Shown: positions 42,026 to 51,267 of the stretch, one piece after another | Numbering within the stretch: position 1 is the stretch's first letter | Layout of the letters: each line of letters opens with the position of its first letter | The notes under the pieces: generated by a model | Database searches by the model: none | Told to the model about the DNA's origin: nothing | Seen by the model: only the letters and a program-made list of their open reading frames with translations | Position numbers and translations under genes: made by a program | Assembly (NCBI GenBank): GCA_965651595.1 | Contig: CBFGTA010000001.1 | Coordinates: 1 to 51,422, forward strand | Origin: an uncultured bacterium | GTDB lineage: Bacteria; Actinomycetota; Actinomycetes; S36-B12; UBA10799 | Length of the DNA: 51,422 nucleotides | Reading direction: 5' to 3'

Positions 42026-44158
42026 TCAGGTGATCGGGGGGCCGGATGCGGGAGGTCGCTCACCGCGATGGCGTTCCTCCCAATCGTCTGATCGGCCTTG
42101 GAGCGCCTTCAGGTAGGCGTTGTAGTCGGCGAGCTCGGTGTCGCCGTGCTGGTAGGTATAGCGGTCGCGTCGTTTACCGGCCCGCAAGTCGCTGCGGCTC
42201 CACTGGATTCCGATGATGACCATGAGTAGCAGCGACGGCAGTTCCGCGATGCCCCAAGCGACCTGACCACCGATCATGCTGTCCTTGACCACGTCCTCGA
42301 TCCATGGGGGTTGCACGAGAACAAACCACGGGTCACCCACCGCGATAGTGGTTTGCATCATCGCGAGAGCAAAAAACGCATGCAAAACAATCGTCACAAA
42401 GACCATAACTAGGCGGGCCCAGTGGGCAAGTGGCTTCGGCCGCGGATCGATACCAATCACCACCCAGGTGAACAGCAGTCCGCTGATGACGAAGTGGCCG
42501 GTCATGAAGATGTGCCCAGCGTGGTTGCTCATTAGGATGCCGAACAGACTCGTGAAGTACAGCACGTACAAGCTGCCGGCGTAGATGGCGACCACCACCA
42601 CCGGGTTCGTGATGATGGCTGCGAACCGCGAATGCAAGGCGCCGAGTAGGAACTCCCGTGGGCCGCGCCCGCCGGTCGGCGACGGCGGCAAGGCGCGCAA
42701 GGCGAGCTGGATGGGAGCTCCGAGGACCAAGGGGATTGGGGAGAGCATGGTGATTGCCATGTGTTGCACCATGTGCCAGCCCACTGAGACTTCCGCGTAG
42801 ACAGCAATGCCGCCCGAAGTGGACCACAAGAAGACGACAATGCCGATCAACCAGGAGGTGGTCTTGGCCCAGGACCAGTGATCTCCCCGCTTCTTCAAGC
42901 GCATGACGCCCGCGAGATACAGCACGGCCGCCGCCACGGCCAGACCAGCAAACAACAAGTCGAGCTGCCACCCGAACATCACTGAACCGAACGTTGGCGC
43001 TGGCGGGAACGGCTTGCCGAGGATCTGCTCGCCGAGAGTGGCGAACTGCTGCTCGGTGCGCGGAGGAGCCGACAGGGTGAGGGCCGCTCCCAACCCGCTG
43101 GCCAGCGTCATCACCGCGAGCTCGAGTCCGATCGCCAGCGCGAATGTCCGGCCGAGTGCTTGAGATCCGCTGGTACGGGCCGCGGCCAACGCTGGCAAGA
43201 TGCGCTTGCGCAGGCGCAACGCTAGGGCCATGAGGGCCATAAACGCCACAATCTTGATCAGCACCACCCGCCCGTAACCGGTTGTGACAAGTTCGCTCGG
43301 CCCGTTGATGCTGGCATAGGTGAACGCCACGCCCGACACGAGGAGCACGATGACGGCGGCTAAGGCGAGGTTGCTGAAGCGCAGGGTCGCCGCCGTGAAG
43401 TCCTCAGTGGAGTTCGGCGCTTTTCGTCCGGTGAACGTGGCCACGCCGATCGCGAGCAAGCCGCCCACCCATAAACTCGCCGCCACGGCGTGCGAGACAC
43501 CTCCGACCATTGCGATTGCGTGGTCGCCCAGAGTTGACGAGTGGCCGGTCAAGGCTGGGAGGGCGATGGCAATAACTGCGGCAGCGAGCCACCAGGTGGC
43601 CGCCGTCGCCCGGGCGGTGAACCACAACCCGATCGACAGAACCAGTGCGATGAGCCCGGATATCAGTAGCGAACGCAGTGGAATGATGTCCCAGGCATAG
43701 ACCGACCACAGCTCGGGATTGAGTGCGGCGGTCCAAGTTTGGCCGAGAGCGACGGCAAAGAACAGGGACGCAGCAATCCAGGTAACGACTGCCCACACAA
43801 GCGACAACACGGCGGCCCTAGTGATCGCCCGGCGCCCCGCTGGAGTCACATAGCGACTCTTGTTGCTTGCGGACAGTATCGCGGCGTAGAGCAATAAGCC
43901 GACCACTGCTATGCCCAACGCGAGAGAGAGGCCCTTGAATGCGGGCCACGCCCAGGACGTGAACGCCCCGGAATCGGGTAACGGGTCGGGCAGTGACTGG
44001 TATCCGCTGCCGGAAAGCCACAATCCCGCCAGAGTGCCCACAGAGACCCCGACCACGAACACCAAGCACACCCGGGCCCAGGAGCTGACTAGGCTGGGTG
44101 CGGCCGGCCCGGGCTCGGTGGGTGAGGACCGGTCGACTTCGGGGCTAGTCGCGCTCAT
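42026..44158 (-). CDS. Fused CopD-type copper-resistance membrane domain and CtaG (caa3-type cytochrome oxidase assembly) domain
   Basis: The 710-aa polytopic product has an N-terminal half that follows the CopD pattern. The C-terminal half reads WHMVQHMAITMLSPIPLVLGAP...HAGHIFMTGHFVISGLLF, which is typical of CtaG/caa3_CtaG. It overlaps copC by 14 nt. Confidence 0.75.
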   Translation of the reverse strand: MSATSPEVDRSSPTEPGPAAPSLVSSWARVCLVFVVGVSVGTLAGLWLSGSGYQSLPDPLPDSGAFTSWAWPAFKGLSLALGIAVVGLLLYAAILSASNKSRYVTPAGRRAITRAAVLSLVWAVVTWIAASLFFAVALGQTWTAALNPELWSVYAWDIIPLRSLLISGLIALVLSIGLWFTARATAATWWLAAAVIAIALPALTGHSSTLGDHAIAMVGGVSHAVAASLWVGGLLAIGVATFTGRKAPNSTEDFTAATLRFSNLALAAVIVLLVSGVAFTYASINGPSELVTTGYGRVVLIKIVAFMALMALALRLRKRILPALAAARTSGSQALGRTFALAIGLELAVMTLASGLGAALTLSAPPRTEQQFATLGEQILGKPFPPAPTFGSVMFGWQLDLLFAGLAVAAAVLYLAGVMRLKKRGDHWSWAKTTSWLIGIVVFLWSTSGGIAVYAEVSVGWHMVQHMAITMLSPIPLVLGAPIQLALRALPPSPTGGRGPREFLLGALHSRFAAIITNPVVVVAIYAGSLYVLYFTSLFGILMSNHAGHIFMTGHFVISGLLFTWVVIGIDPRPKPLAHWARLVMVFVTIVLHAFFALAMMQTTIAVGDPWFVLVQPPWIEDVVKDSMIGGQVAWGIAELPSLLLMVIIGIQWSRSDLRAGKRRDRYTYQHGDTELADYNAYLKALQGRSDDWEERHRGERPPASGPPIT

Positions 44159-44714
44159 CGCTGTTGTCGGCGCTAGCTCGGACCCGCCTAATCCACCATC
44201 CAGCTAGGCCCGCAACGAGCAGAACCACGACGAGGGCTATGACGGGCAACACCCAACCTGGCAAGCCGCCGGATTCTTCGGTGTGTGTTGAGTCGTCGGC
44301 AGCGATGGCCGGAGTGTCTGGCCCTGGTTCGTAGGTCGTTCCGGTGGTGACTGCAAATGTGAACTCACCGGTTTGCGGGTGCCCGTCTGACCCCACGTTG
44401 CGCCAGATGACCGTGAATCGGCCAGCTGGTTGGCCTTCGGGCCAGGCGGCTGTGGCTGTCGTTCCCGACACGCTGACTGGCGACAAGTCGATCGTTTCGC
44501 CTGTCGGAGTTTGAGCGACCATTCCGGTCGAATCGGCCAAGGGGCGGTCGTTGAACGTCAGCGTGATGGACGAGGGCTGCTCAGCCAGGCGCGCATTGTC
44601 AGCTGGCTGAGACTCCACGAGATCTGCGTGGGCTAGGGCCGGGCCAGCAAGCAACCCAGCAGTGGCCAGCACCACAGCGACTAGGGACGCAAGGGCAGGC
44701 AATCGAAATGCAGT
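44145..44714 (-). CDS. CopC-domain periplasmic copper-binding protein with C-terminal membrane anchor
   Basis: The signal peptide ends ...GPALAHADLVESQPADNARL, with the mature N-terminal His typical of CopC. A C-terminal TM reads WVLPVIALVVVLLVAGLAGWWI. The start is taken at GTG 44714, after GAAGGGG; the ORF is open to 44819. Confidence 0.8.
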   Translation of the reverse strand, partial: TAFRLPALASLVAVVLATAGLLAGPALAHADLVESQPADNARLAEQPSSITLTFNDRPLADSTGMVAQTPTGETIDLSPVSVSGTTATAAWPEGQPAGRFTVIWRNVGSDGHPQTGEFTFAVTTGTTYEPGPDTPAIAADDSTHTEESGGLPGWVLPVIALVVVLLVAGLAGWWIRRVRASADNSDERD

Positions 44715-44782
44715 CACGCTCACCCCTTCACCATAAGCCACCGTGAGCCCGGGCCCACGGGCAGATGCTCGTACACAACGCA

Positions 44783-44819
44783 GTGGGCCCGCCTCCCGTG
44801 TGTGAGGAGGCGGGCCCAC
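44783..44819 (-). terminator. Intrinsic-terminator-like hairpin downstream of the acyl-CoA dehydrogenase gene
   Basis: GTGGGCCCGCCTCC (44783-44796) pairs perfectly with GGAGGCGGGCCCAC (44806-44819), giving a 14-bp stem and a 9-nt loop. The hairpin begins 18 nt after the stop at 44838 on the minus strand. Confidence 0.7.
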
Positions 44820-44837
44820 CAGAAAGGCGCTGCGCGG

Positions 44838-46670
44838 TTAGAACAGCTCTTCGGGCATGTCCATGATGTCGAGCTCGGTTGCCTCGGCTACGGCACGCTC
44901 GGCGGCGATCAGCGGAAGTTGGTTCTGAGCAAACCACTTGGCGGTGTGAATCTTGCTGGTGTAGAAGTTCACGTCCCGCTCCGACGGGCCCGCAGCCAGG
45001 GCCGCCGTCGCCACGTCGGCCTGCCGGAGCAGCAGCCATCCGATGACTAGGTCTCCACAGGCCATCAACAAGCGCGAAGTGTTGAGGCCCACGCGGTACA
45101 GCTCGCTCGGGTTCTCTTGCACCTTCATGAGCCAGCCGCCCATGACGCCGATCATTCCCTGGACGTCTTCGAGGGCCTTGCCGAGCAGTTCGCGCTCAGC
45201 AGCGAGGAGGTCGCCATCACCGGTCGCCTTGATCGTCTCGGTGATCTCCCCGGCCAGTTTGGTGACTGCCTGGAACTGATCGCGGACCATTTTGCGGAAG
45301 AAGAAATCCATGCCCTGGATGGCGGTGGTTCCTTCATACAGCGTGTCAATCTTGGCGTCGCGGACGTACTGCTCGAGTGGGTAGTCGAGCAGGAAGCCCG
45401 AGCCTCCGAAGGTCTGCAGCGATTCTGTGCCCAGCAGTACCCAGGCGCGTTCTGAGCCCACGCCCTTCACGATCGGCAACAGCAGGTCATTGAGTCGATC
45501 ACTCATATCGCCGTCGCCGTGCGTCGAGTGGTGCAGCATGACGTCGTCCTGCTGCTTGGCCGTGTAGTGCACCAGTGCCCGTAGGCCTTCGGCATAGGCC
45601 TTCTGCCGCATCAGGCTGCGGCGCACATCAGGGTGGTGGGTGATTGTCACGCGCGGGGCTGTCTTGTCGAGCATCTGCGTGAGGTCAGCGCCTTGGACGC
45701 GGTTCTTCGCGTAGTCGAGAGCATTGAGATAACCCGTAGACAAGGTGGCGATTGCTTTCGTGCCCACCAGCATGCGGGCGTACTCAATGACCTTGAACAT
45801 CTGGGCGATGCCGTCGTGGATGTCACCGACGAGCCAGCCGATGGCCGGTTCTCCGTCGCCGAAAGTGAGTTCGCATGTGGTCGACGACTTGATGCCCATC
45901 TTCTTTTCGAGGTTGGTTGTGTAGACGCCGTTGCGCTCGCCGAGGTCACCAGTCTGTGAGTCGAAGTGGAACTTCGGTACCACGAACAAGCTCAGGCCCT
46001 TGGTGCCCGGCTGTGCGCCCTCAGGTCGGGCAAGAACCAGGTGGATGATGTTCTCGTTGATGTCGTTTTCACCATTGGTGATGAAGCGCTTGACGCCTTC
46101 GATGTGCCACGTGCCATCAGGCTGTTCGGTCGCCTTGGTGCGCCCGGCTCCCACGTCGGAGCCAGCGTCGGGCTCGGTCAAGACCATCGTGGCGCCCCAC
46201 TTGCGCTCAATCATGATCTGCGCCCAGTGCTTCTGCTCCTCGTTGCCGAGGGCGTCGAGGATTGCCGCGAAACCGGGTCCGGCCAAAGTCATGTAGGCCG
46301 CGGGGTTCGAGCCCAAGAAGAGTTCAGCCATTGCCCAGTTGATGCTGGGGGGCGCGCCGGAACCGCCTAGGCTTTCGGGCAGGGGGGCTGCCCAGTAGCC
46401 GCAGTCCCACAGCTTGTCGAAGGACTCTTTGAACTTTTCGTCCAACACGACCGTCTTTGCTTCCGGGTCGAAGATGGGTGCGTTGCGGTCACCGGATTCG
46501 AAGCCTTCAGCCAAAGGCCCCACGGCGAGTTTCTCGGCCTCGCGCAGCAGGTCCCGAGCGACATCGGCATCCATTTCAGAAAACGGCCCCTGACCGAGTC
46601 GATCTTCCAGGCCAAACACCTCGAAGAGGTTGAACTCAATGTCGCGCAAGTTGCTCTTGTAGTGGCCCAT
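44838..46670 (-). CDS. fadE5: Long-type acyl-CoA dehydrogenase (FadE5-like, about 610 aa)
   Basis: [34 protein letters not shown] resembles the N-terminus of mycobacterial FadE5 as I recall it. The ACAD middle-domain block [16 protein letters not shown] and the C-terminal extension typical of this subclass are present. Confidence 0.88.
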   Translation of the reverse strand: MGHYKSNLRDIEFNLFEVFGLEDRLGQGPFSEMDADVARDLLREAEKLAVGPLAEGFESGDRNAPIFDPEAKTVVLDEKFKESFDKLWDCGYWAAPLPESLGGSGAPPSINWAMAELFLGSNPAAYMTLAGPGFAAILDALGNEEQKHWAQIMIERKWGATMVLTEPDAGSDVGAGRTKATEQPDGTWHIEGVKRFITNGENDINENIIHLVLARPEGAQPGTKGLSLFVVPKFHFDSQTGDLGERNGVYTTNLEKKMGIKSSTTCELTFGDGEPAIGWLVGDIHDGIAQMFKVIEYARMLVGTKAIATLSTGYLNALDYAKNRVQGADLTQMLDKTAPRVTITHHPDVRRSLMRQKAYAEGLRALVHYTAKQQDDVMLHHSTHGDGDMSDRLNDLLLPIVKGVGSERAWVLLGTESLQTFGGSGFLLDYPLEQYVRDAKIDTLYEGTTAIQGMDFFFRKMVRDQFQAVTKLAGEITETIKATGDGDLLAAERELLGKALEDVQGMIGVMGGWLMKVQENPSELYRVGLNTSRLLMACGDLVIGWLLLRQADVATAALAAGPSERDVNFYTSKIHTAKWFAQNQLPLIAAERAVAEATELDIMDMPEELF

Positions 46671-46779
46671 GGCCTCTGCTCCTTCTCCGTTAGCTGTCGC
46701 TGATTCCAGCCTGACAGTTCATGCGTGTGCGGTTGGTCGCGCAAGTGAGACTGGCCGCGTAACACTGCATACATCCATG

Positions 46780-46799
46780 ATGCTACTCGCGAGTAACAT
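46780..46799. promoter_or_regulatory. Near-perfect 20-bp palindrome upstream of the fadE5-like gene (candidate repressor operator)
   Basis: ATGCTACTCGCGAGTAACAT has a perfect 12-bp palindromic core (TACTCGCGAGTA). The arms extend to 9 of 10 matches. It lies 110-129 nt upstream of the start at 46670. Confidence 0.4.
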
Positions 46800-46871
46800 G
46801 CGCGACGAACTTGGGTAGATCGCCCGCGAGATCTGAGTCACTCAGCGGCGCGTCGGGATCGGTTGCTCGTG

Positions 46872-47345
46872 TCAACCCGCCAAGTGGCGGTCGTCCTGGG
46901 TCAACCCCCGGACCAGGCCAGCCGTCACTGTCAGGCCAGCGATGATGTTCATCAGTGACAGCAGGACTCGAGTCGACGCGGGGACTTCCGGGGGCTGAGC
47001 CAGCGGTCCGGTGAGGGACACAGCCGTGAGAAACAGCCCGGCCACCGCCACGACGGGAACCGGCTTACGTACCAATCGGGCAACAATGCCTGCTGCCAGA
47101 CCACCTGCTAGTCCGGCGAGCAGAGATGCACCAGCAACAGACAGAGCTGTCACCCGATCGATGGTGCCATTTACTTCGACGTAGGCCTCAAAGGGAACCC
47201 CCACGGCACTCCCGATGGTCCACACAGCGACGTTCGCCGCGGCAGCCATCAGTGCCCAGATCAGTCCCGCGCGGATACTGCGTCGAATCCGGCGCAGCGG
47301 ACGCGGGTCACGGGGCGGAGGGGCAGGAGCGGGCACAGTGGCCAA
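46872..47345 (-). CDS. Small integral membrane protein of unknown function (4 predicted TMS)
   Basis: A Pro/Arg-rich N-terminus is followed by four hydrophobic segments: LIWALMAAAANVAVWTIG, VTALSVAGASLLAGLAGGLAAGIVA, VPVVAVAGLFLTAVSL and LLSLMNIIAGLTVTAGLV. The start is TTG or GTG. Confidence 0.55.
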   Translation of the reverse strand: MATVPAPAPPPRDPRPLRRIRRSIRAGLIWALMAAAANVAVWTIGSAVGVPFEAYVEVNGTIDRVTALSVAGASLLAGLAGGLAAGIVARLVRKPVPVVAVAGLFLTAVSLTGPLAQPPEVPASTRVLLSLMNIIAGLTVTAGLVRGLTQDDRHLAG

Positions 47346-47438
47346 GCTAACTCAGTCGTTATCTGTACGGAGCCCCCGGCACGCCCGCCAGTCATCAGCG
47401 GGAGCGCGATAGGCCAGCTGCGGTCGGGTGTTCGGTCC

Positions 47439-48434
47439 TCAGCGGGGAATGATCCAGATTTCGTCGGTGGCGGTAGCCACAGTACGAAGGAACAGGTTGG
47501 TGGGTTTGGCACCGCGACCGGGTAGACCGTAGTTCGCCTTGAGCGATCTCACATGTTGGCGGAAAGCCGTGGTGACCACCGGAGTTCGCTCGGAGAATCC
47601 GGTGGCCCGCTTGATGCGCTTGACGGACACGTGTTGCCCCCGGGCCTTCACGGCCGCGCGCAGCCGAGGACCGTGGACCTTCAGCCGCTTCCAGAGGCGT
47701 TGGGGCTCCCAGACGAGGCTTTGCGGCAAAGACAGGTAGTTGTAGCGGCTCTGTGCGGCTGGAGTGTCGGCTCCGGGTCCAGTCGCGGGGGCGCAACCTC
47801 GGAAGGTGGCCAGGTGTAGATGTGGTCCGGTGCTGTTGCCGGTATTGCCGCTGTATCCGAGCAGGGTTCCGGTACCAGCAATGGGCCGTCCCTGGGCATC
47901 TAGGCGGGGGCTCGACACCGTCTGCCCGACAGTGACCGGGATCCCGGGAGACATGTGCTGCCAGTAACTCGACACTTGCTTGCCAAAGATGGTGTGACAG
48001 ATGAGAACCCAGTTCGACGGTGCGCCCGAGCCGGGATTGAATCCGGGCGGGTTGTTCGCGACGCCATCATTGACGCCAATGACAACTCCGCGGCGAGGAG
48101 CGTACAAGGGTGTGCCGCTCCACATCGCCACGTCCCACGCCCGGTGGGCACGGTTATTGCTGTAGGCCCAGCTGGCTGACAGACGAATGGCGCCGATCCA
48201 GGCTGGGCTCGACACCATCGTGCCAGCGAAGGTCGTGTTGGGCGGTGGGGCCGTCTGGGGGGTGGTGATGGGCGGAAGGGTGGCATCTCCGTCTTCACCG
48301 GTCCAGCCCTTTTGGGCTCCGACCTCAGACGTGTTCGTGGGCCCGCCGGGAATCGTTACGACCAGCATTGCTACCGCAGCGCATGCAGCTCCCGCCAGCG
48401 TCAGGCGATGCCTGCTGCGGATGGTGGATGCCAC
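47439..48434 (-). CDS. M23-family metallopeptidase with signal peptide and a basic C-terminal extension of about 100 aa
   Basis: HRAWDVAM and GYSGNTGNSTGPHLHL are the M23 blocks. The signal/TM segment reads LTLAGAACAAVAMLVVTI. AAGGAGG lies 6 nt before the GTG start. Confidence 0.8.
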   Translation of the reverse strand: MASTIRSRHRLTLAGAACAAVAMLVVTIPGGPTNTSEVGAQKGWTGEDGDATLPPITTPQTAPPPNTTFAGTMVSSPAWIGAIRLSASWAYSNNRAHRAWDVAMWSGTPLYAPRRGVVIGVNDGVANNPPGFNPGSGAPSNWVLICHTIFGKQVSSYWQHMSPGIPVTVGQTVSSPRLDAQGRPIAGTGTLLGYSGNTGNSTGPHLHLATFRGCAPATGPGADTPAAQSRYNYLSLPQSLVWEPQRLWKRLKVHGPRLRAAVKARGQHVSVKRIKRATGFSERTPVVTTAFRQHVRSLKANYGLPGRGAKPTNLFLRTVATATDEIWIIPR

Positions 48435-48744
48435 GGTTGTCCTCCTTGGTCGGCCAATCCCCGTTCCCCTACCGTGCGTGCAACAGACCCACTGATGCGA
48501 CCGCAGCCTCGCCTAAGCAGACGATTACTACTGGAACTTGTGGACTTTCACATCTGAAGTCGGGAAGGTTCGGCTTGTTGGCACGGCTCGTGATGCAGGG
48601 TCTATGGCTCTGAAGTCATCCGTGCCGCGCAGGCTCTCACGGCACCTTTGGCCGCTGGCGCTACACGTGGGATTGCTAGCGACGGGCCGGACGTGTACAG
48701 ATGGAGGAACAACATGAGGTGCTCAGGCTGGCAAGGAGGATCGG

Positions 48745-49236
48745 ATGGTCGACCTCAAGAAACTCGGGATTCTGGCCATTGCCATTCTTGTGGTGGGGGC
48801 TGGCGCGGGGGCGTGCGCTGGCGACACAGACGCAACCGGAGCAGTGGAACAGCAACAATCAGCGACGCCCAGTGGCTTTCATTTTGCGATTGACTTCGTC
48901 GGCGCGGGCGACGTCGAGAGTGTGACGTTCTGGATTTTCGACGACACGGGAGTGCTGCAAGGCTCAAGCTGTGTGGGAGCCCGGGCTGCCCGCAGCCACT
49001 CGAAACCTCCTGCCGCGCTGCTCGCGGCCCACTCGGCGGTCTACGTAGGGGCTTCGTCGTCTGAGCAGCAGTGCCACGCCGATCCGCCAGCCGGGGCAGC
49101 CCCGCAGCCAGATCCCACGGACCAGATCACCTACACGGACCGGTGCTGGCGATCAGAGTTTTTGGCCAGCAATCCGGTCGATCTTGGATACAGAGCAGAT
49201 TTCGCAACCGCAGACGTGCCTTTGTGTACGTCGTGA
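48745..49236 (+). CDS. Putative lipoprotein of unknown function
   Basis: MVDLKKLGILAIAILVVGAGAGAC has a lipobox-like GAGAC. Four further Cys residues are present. AAGGAGG precedes the start. Confidence 0.55.
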   Translation: MVDLKKLGILAIAILVVGAGAGACAGDTDATGAVEQQQSATPSGFHFAIDFVGAGDVESVTFWIFDDTGVLQGSSCVGARAARSHSKPPAALLAAHSAVYVGASSSEQQCHADPPAGAAPQPDPTDQITYTDRCWRSEFLASNPVDLGYRADFATADVPLCTS

Positions 49237-49266
49237 TGCCGGAATGGTGAATTGAGAGGTGGGACC

Positions 49267-49779
49267 ATGAACCGGATCTGGAAGGTACTCCTGGCCGGAT
49301 TGACGGCCGGAACGCTCGTGGGCGCAATCACACTGGCAGCTGCCGGGCCAGCCGCAGCAAGTTGCATCTACAACCTCGGAGACAACGTCGCCAGTGACAT
49401 CGGTGAGCCAGCCACCAGCGTCATTGCAGTCGGATTCTCCAGCACGGGCACCGGTGTCGAGGGCTACTCCAGCGAGTACCTTCCGCCGGGCTCCTCGCAG
49501 TGTTGGAACGATCATGGCTGGGCGGGTGGTTTCGTGACCAACTCCGGTTGGGGTGGCGACCTCGCGGTGGCGCAGTTCTTCAACGGATTGACTATCGATG
49601 CGGGAGAATGGATCGTCGTCGGGGCCGTGAATGACCCTGCCGCGCAACGCAACGATTTGTGTTCAGGTCCTTTCGTCCCAGCCGGGTGGGCACAGTACAA
49701 CGTCAACAACGGGCCGTGGTTTGCTAGTCAAACGGACACTGCCTTCGACTGTGCGAGCGTCGTTCCCGGTGAGGAATAG
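49267..49779 (+). CDS. Secreted Cys-containing protein of unknown function
   Basis: The signal peptide reads MNRIWKVLLAGLTAGTLVGAITLAAAGPAAA. The mature part has 4 Cys and is Gly/Trp/Asn-rich (WNDHGWAGGFVTNSGWGGD). No family was recognised. Confidence 0.55.
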   Translation: MNRIWKVLLAGLTAGTLVGAITLAAAGPAAASCIYNLGDNVASDIGEPATSVIAVGFSSTGTGVEGYSSEYLPPGSSQCWNDHGWAGGFVTNSGWGGDLAVAQFFNGLTIDAGEWIVVGAVNDPAAQRNDLCSGPFVPAGWAQYNVNNGPWFASQTDTAFDCASVVPGEE

Positions 49780-49845
49780 CCAGCGGGCACTTGTGGGCGA
49801 GAACCCAGTCGGTGGCCAGTTGTGGCCGCTCGCGCGCCTAGCAGT

Positions 49846-51267
49846 CTAGGGACGGGGCATTTCGTCTGTGGGGATCCAGGCACCATGCAGCCCCATCGGA
49901 ACGCGATTGGGAATTTTCACGGTCGCGACCGGGCCCGTTGACACATCGTCGGAAGGCAGGATCAAGAAGTAGCTGGACCGGTCCGACACCCGTGCCGCGA
50001 ACGAGACGTAGTAGCCGCCCCTGTCGCCGCTCGGGCTTGGGACAAAGCAGGGTTCACCCAGGGCGAGCCCGTCTGATTGGTAGAAGGTGCCATCCCCGGT
50101 GATGGTGTCTACCGTGAGTACCCCGTCAAAGGATCCAGTAGGCAAGTCGTCGAGGGTCCCGCGAGCGCCGACCGCTGCCTGGGCATGTTGTGATCCAATG
50201 AGCCTGTCGTCGATGCGCGGGAACTCCATCGCCCTTTCCACGATTGCGGTTCGGGACAACTGCGTCCCCCCAGATGGGAGCCGGATTGACTCGTAGGCGG
50301 CCCTCGGAGTAGGCAATCCGGGCGCCAGACCGCCACCCAAATTGCTCCAGGTGACGGCCTGGAGCTCGACCCCATCGTCGCTGTCGAAAGCGTTGGCAAA
50401 ATGCCAAACCCAGAAAGGTTCTCCTTCGTACCAGCGAATTGCACCCTCACCAGATCGCGGGATAATGGCGACTTTCGATCCGAGTTCGGGCTTCCACTGC
50501 AGTGGAGAACCGCCATTCATTGCCGCGGCGATGTCGAGCACAGCAGGGTTGAGAGAAAGAACAATCTTGGTTTCGGTGATCGCGAAGTCGTGCACCATGT
50601 ACGCCACTCCGCCCGTGTCAACTTCGTGGGGCCCGGTCTTGACGCTTCCGTCGGGGTTGAGGATCAACCATTGGAGGAATGGGGCCTCCATGTTGTAGGT
50701 GAAGGTCACCATTTCCCCCGTCCTCGGGTCAACCTTGGGATGAGCCGCTGCCCCTTGGGGGAAGGCACCACCAAAGTCGTCCACGTGACCGGTCACCAGC
50801 TGCGGAGAAATACGGTAGGACTTGGTGGTCTCTGCCAGGGCGATCAGGGTGCCGTGGTGACAGACGACGTTGATGGCGGGCATGTCCCGAAAACTCCACG
50901 CCAGTTCTGGCCCTACATCATCCGGCCCGGGCAGGGCCCCGCTCATGATGCTCGGCCACAGGGCATGACCGGCCGCCTCTTCAATGTCCAGCATCGGCGT
51001 TCGCACGTAGGCATTCCGGTAGCTAGCCTTCCCGTTCTGCAAGCTGAGGGCATGGATCATGCCGTCACCTTCCATGGGATAGACGTAGGCGCCGAGTGGT
51101 GTAAATCGAGGGTTTGGCCCGTTGCGCAGGTAGCTACCGTCGAGGTCCCTTGGGATCTCGCCTTGTACCACTTCCAGATCCTCGGCGAAGATCTCGGTCT
51201 GGACCGGCTCGAAAACACCTGTCAGATGAGGGTTGGTCGTGGGATCGATCGGCGCAGGCAGCGGCAT
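49846..51267 (-). CDS. Carotenoid/apocarotenoid/stilbene cleavage dioxygenase (RPE65/CCO family)
   Basis: NPHLTGVFEPV, YLRNGPNPRF, MVHDFAITE, WHFANAF and GLHGAWIP contain the four-His iron-ligand contexts of CCOs. The start is taken at ATG 51267; the ORF is open to 51342. Confidence 0.85.
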   Translation of the reverse strand: MPLPAPIDPTTNPHLTGVFEPVQTEIFAEDLEVVQGEIPRDLDGSYLRNGPNPRFTPLGAYVYPMEGDGMIHALSLQNGKASYRNAYVRTPMLDIEEAAGHALWPSIMSGALPGPDDVGPELAWSFRDMPAINVVCHHGTLIALAETTKSYRISPQLVTGHVDDFGGAFPQGAAAHPKVDPRTGEMVTFTYNMEAPFLQWLILNPDGSVKTGPHEVDTGGVAYMVHDFAITETKIVLSLNPAVLDIAAAMNGGSPLQWKPELGSKVAIIPRSGEGAIRWYEGEPFWVWHFANAFDSDDGVELQAVTWSNLGGGLAPGLPTPRAAYESIRLPSGGTQLSRTAIVERAMEFPRIDDRLIGSQHAQAAVGARGTLDDLPTGSFDGVLTVDTITGDGTFYQSDGLALGEPCFVPSPSGDRGGYYVSFAARVSDRSSYFLILPSDDVSTGPVATVKIPNRVPMGLHGAWIPTDEMPRP

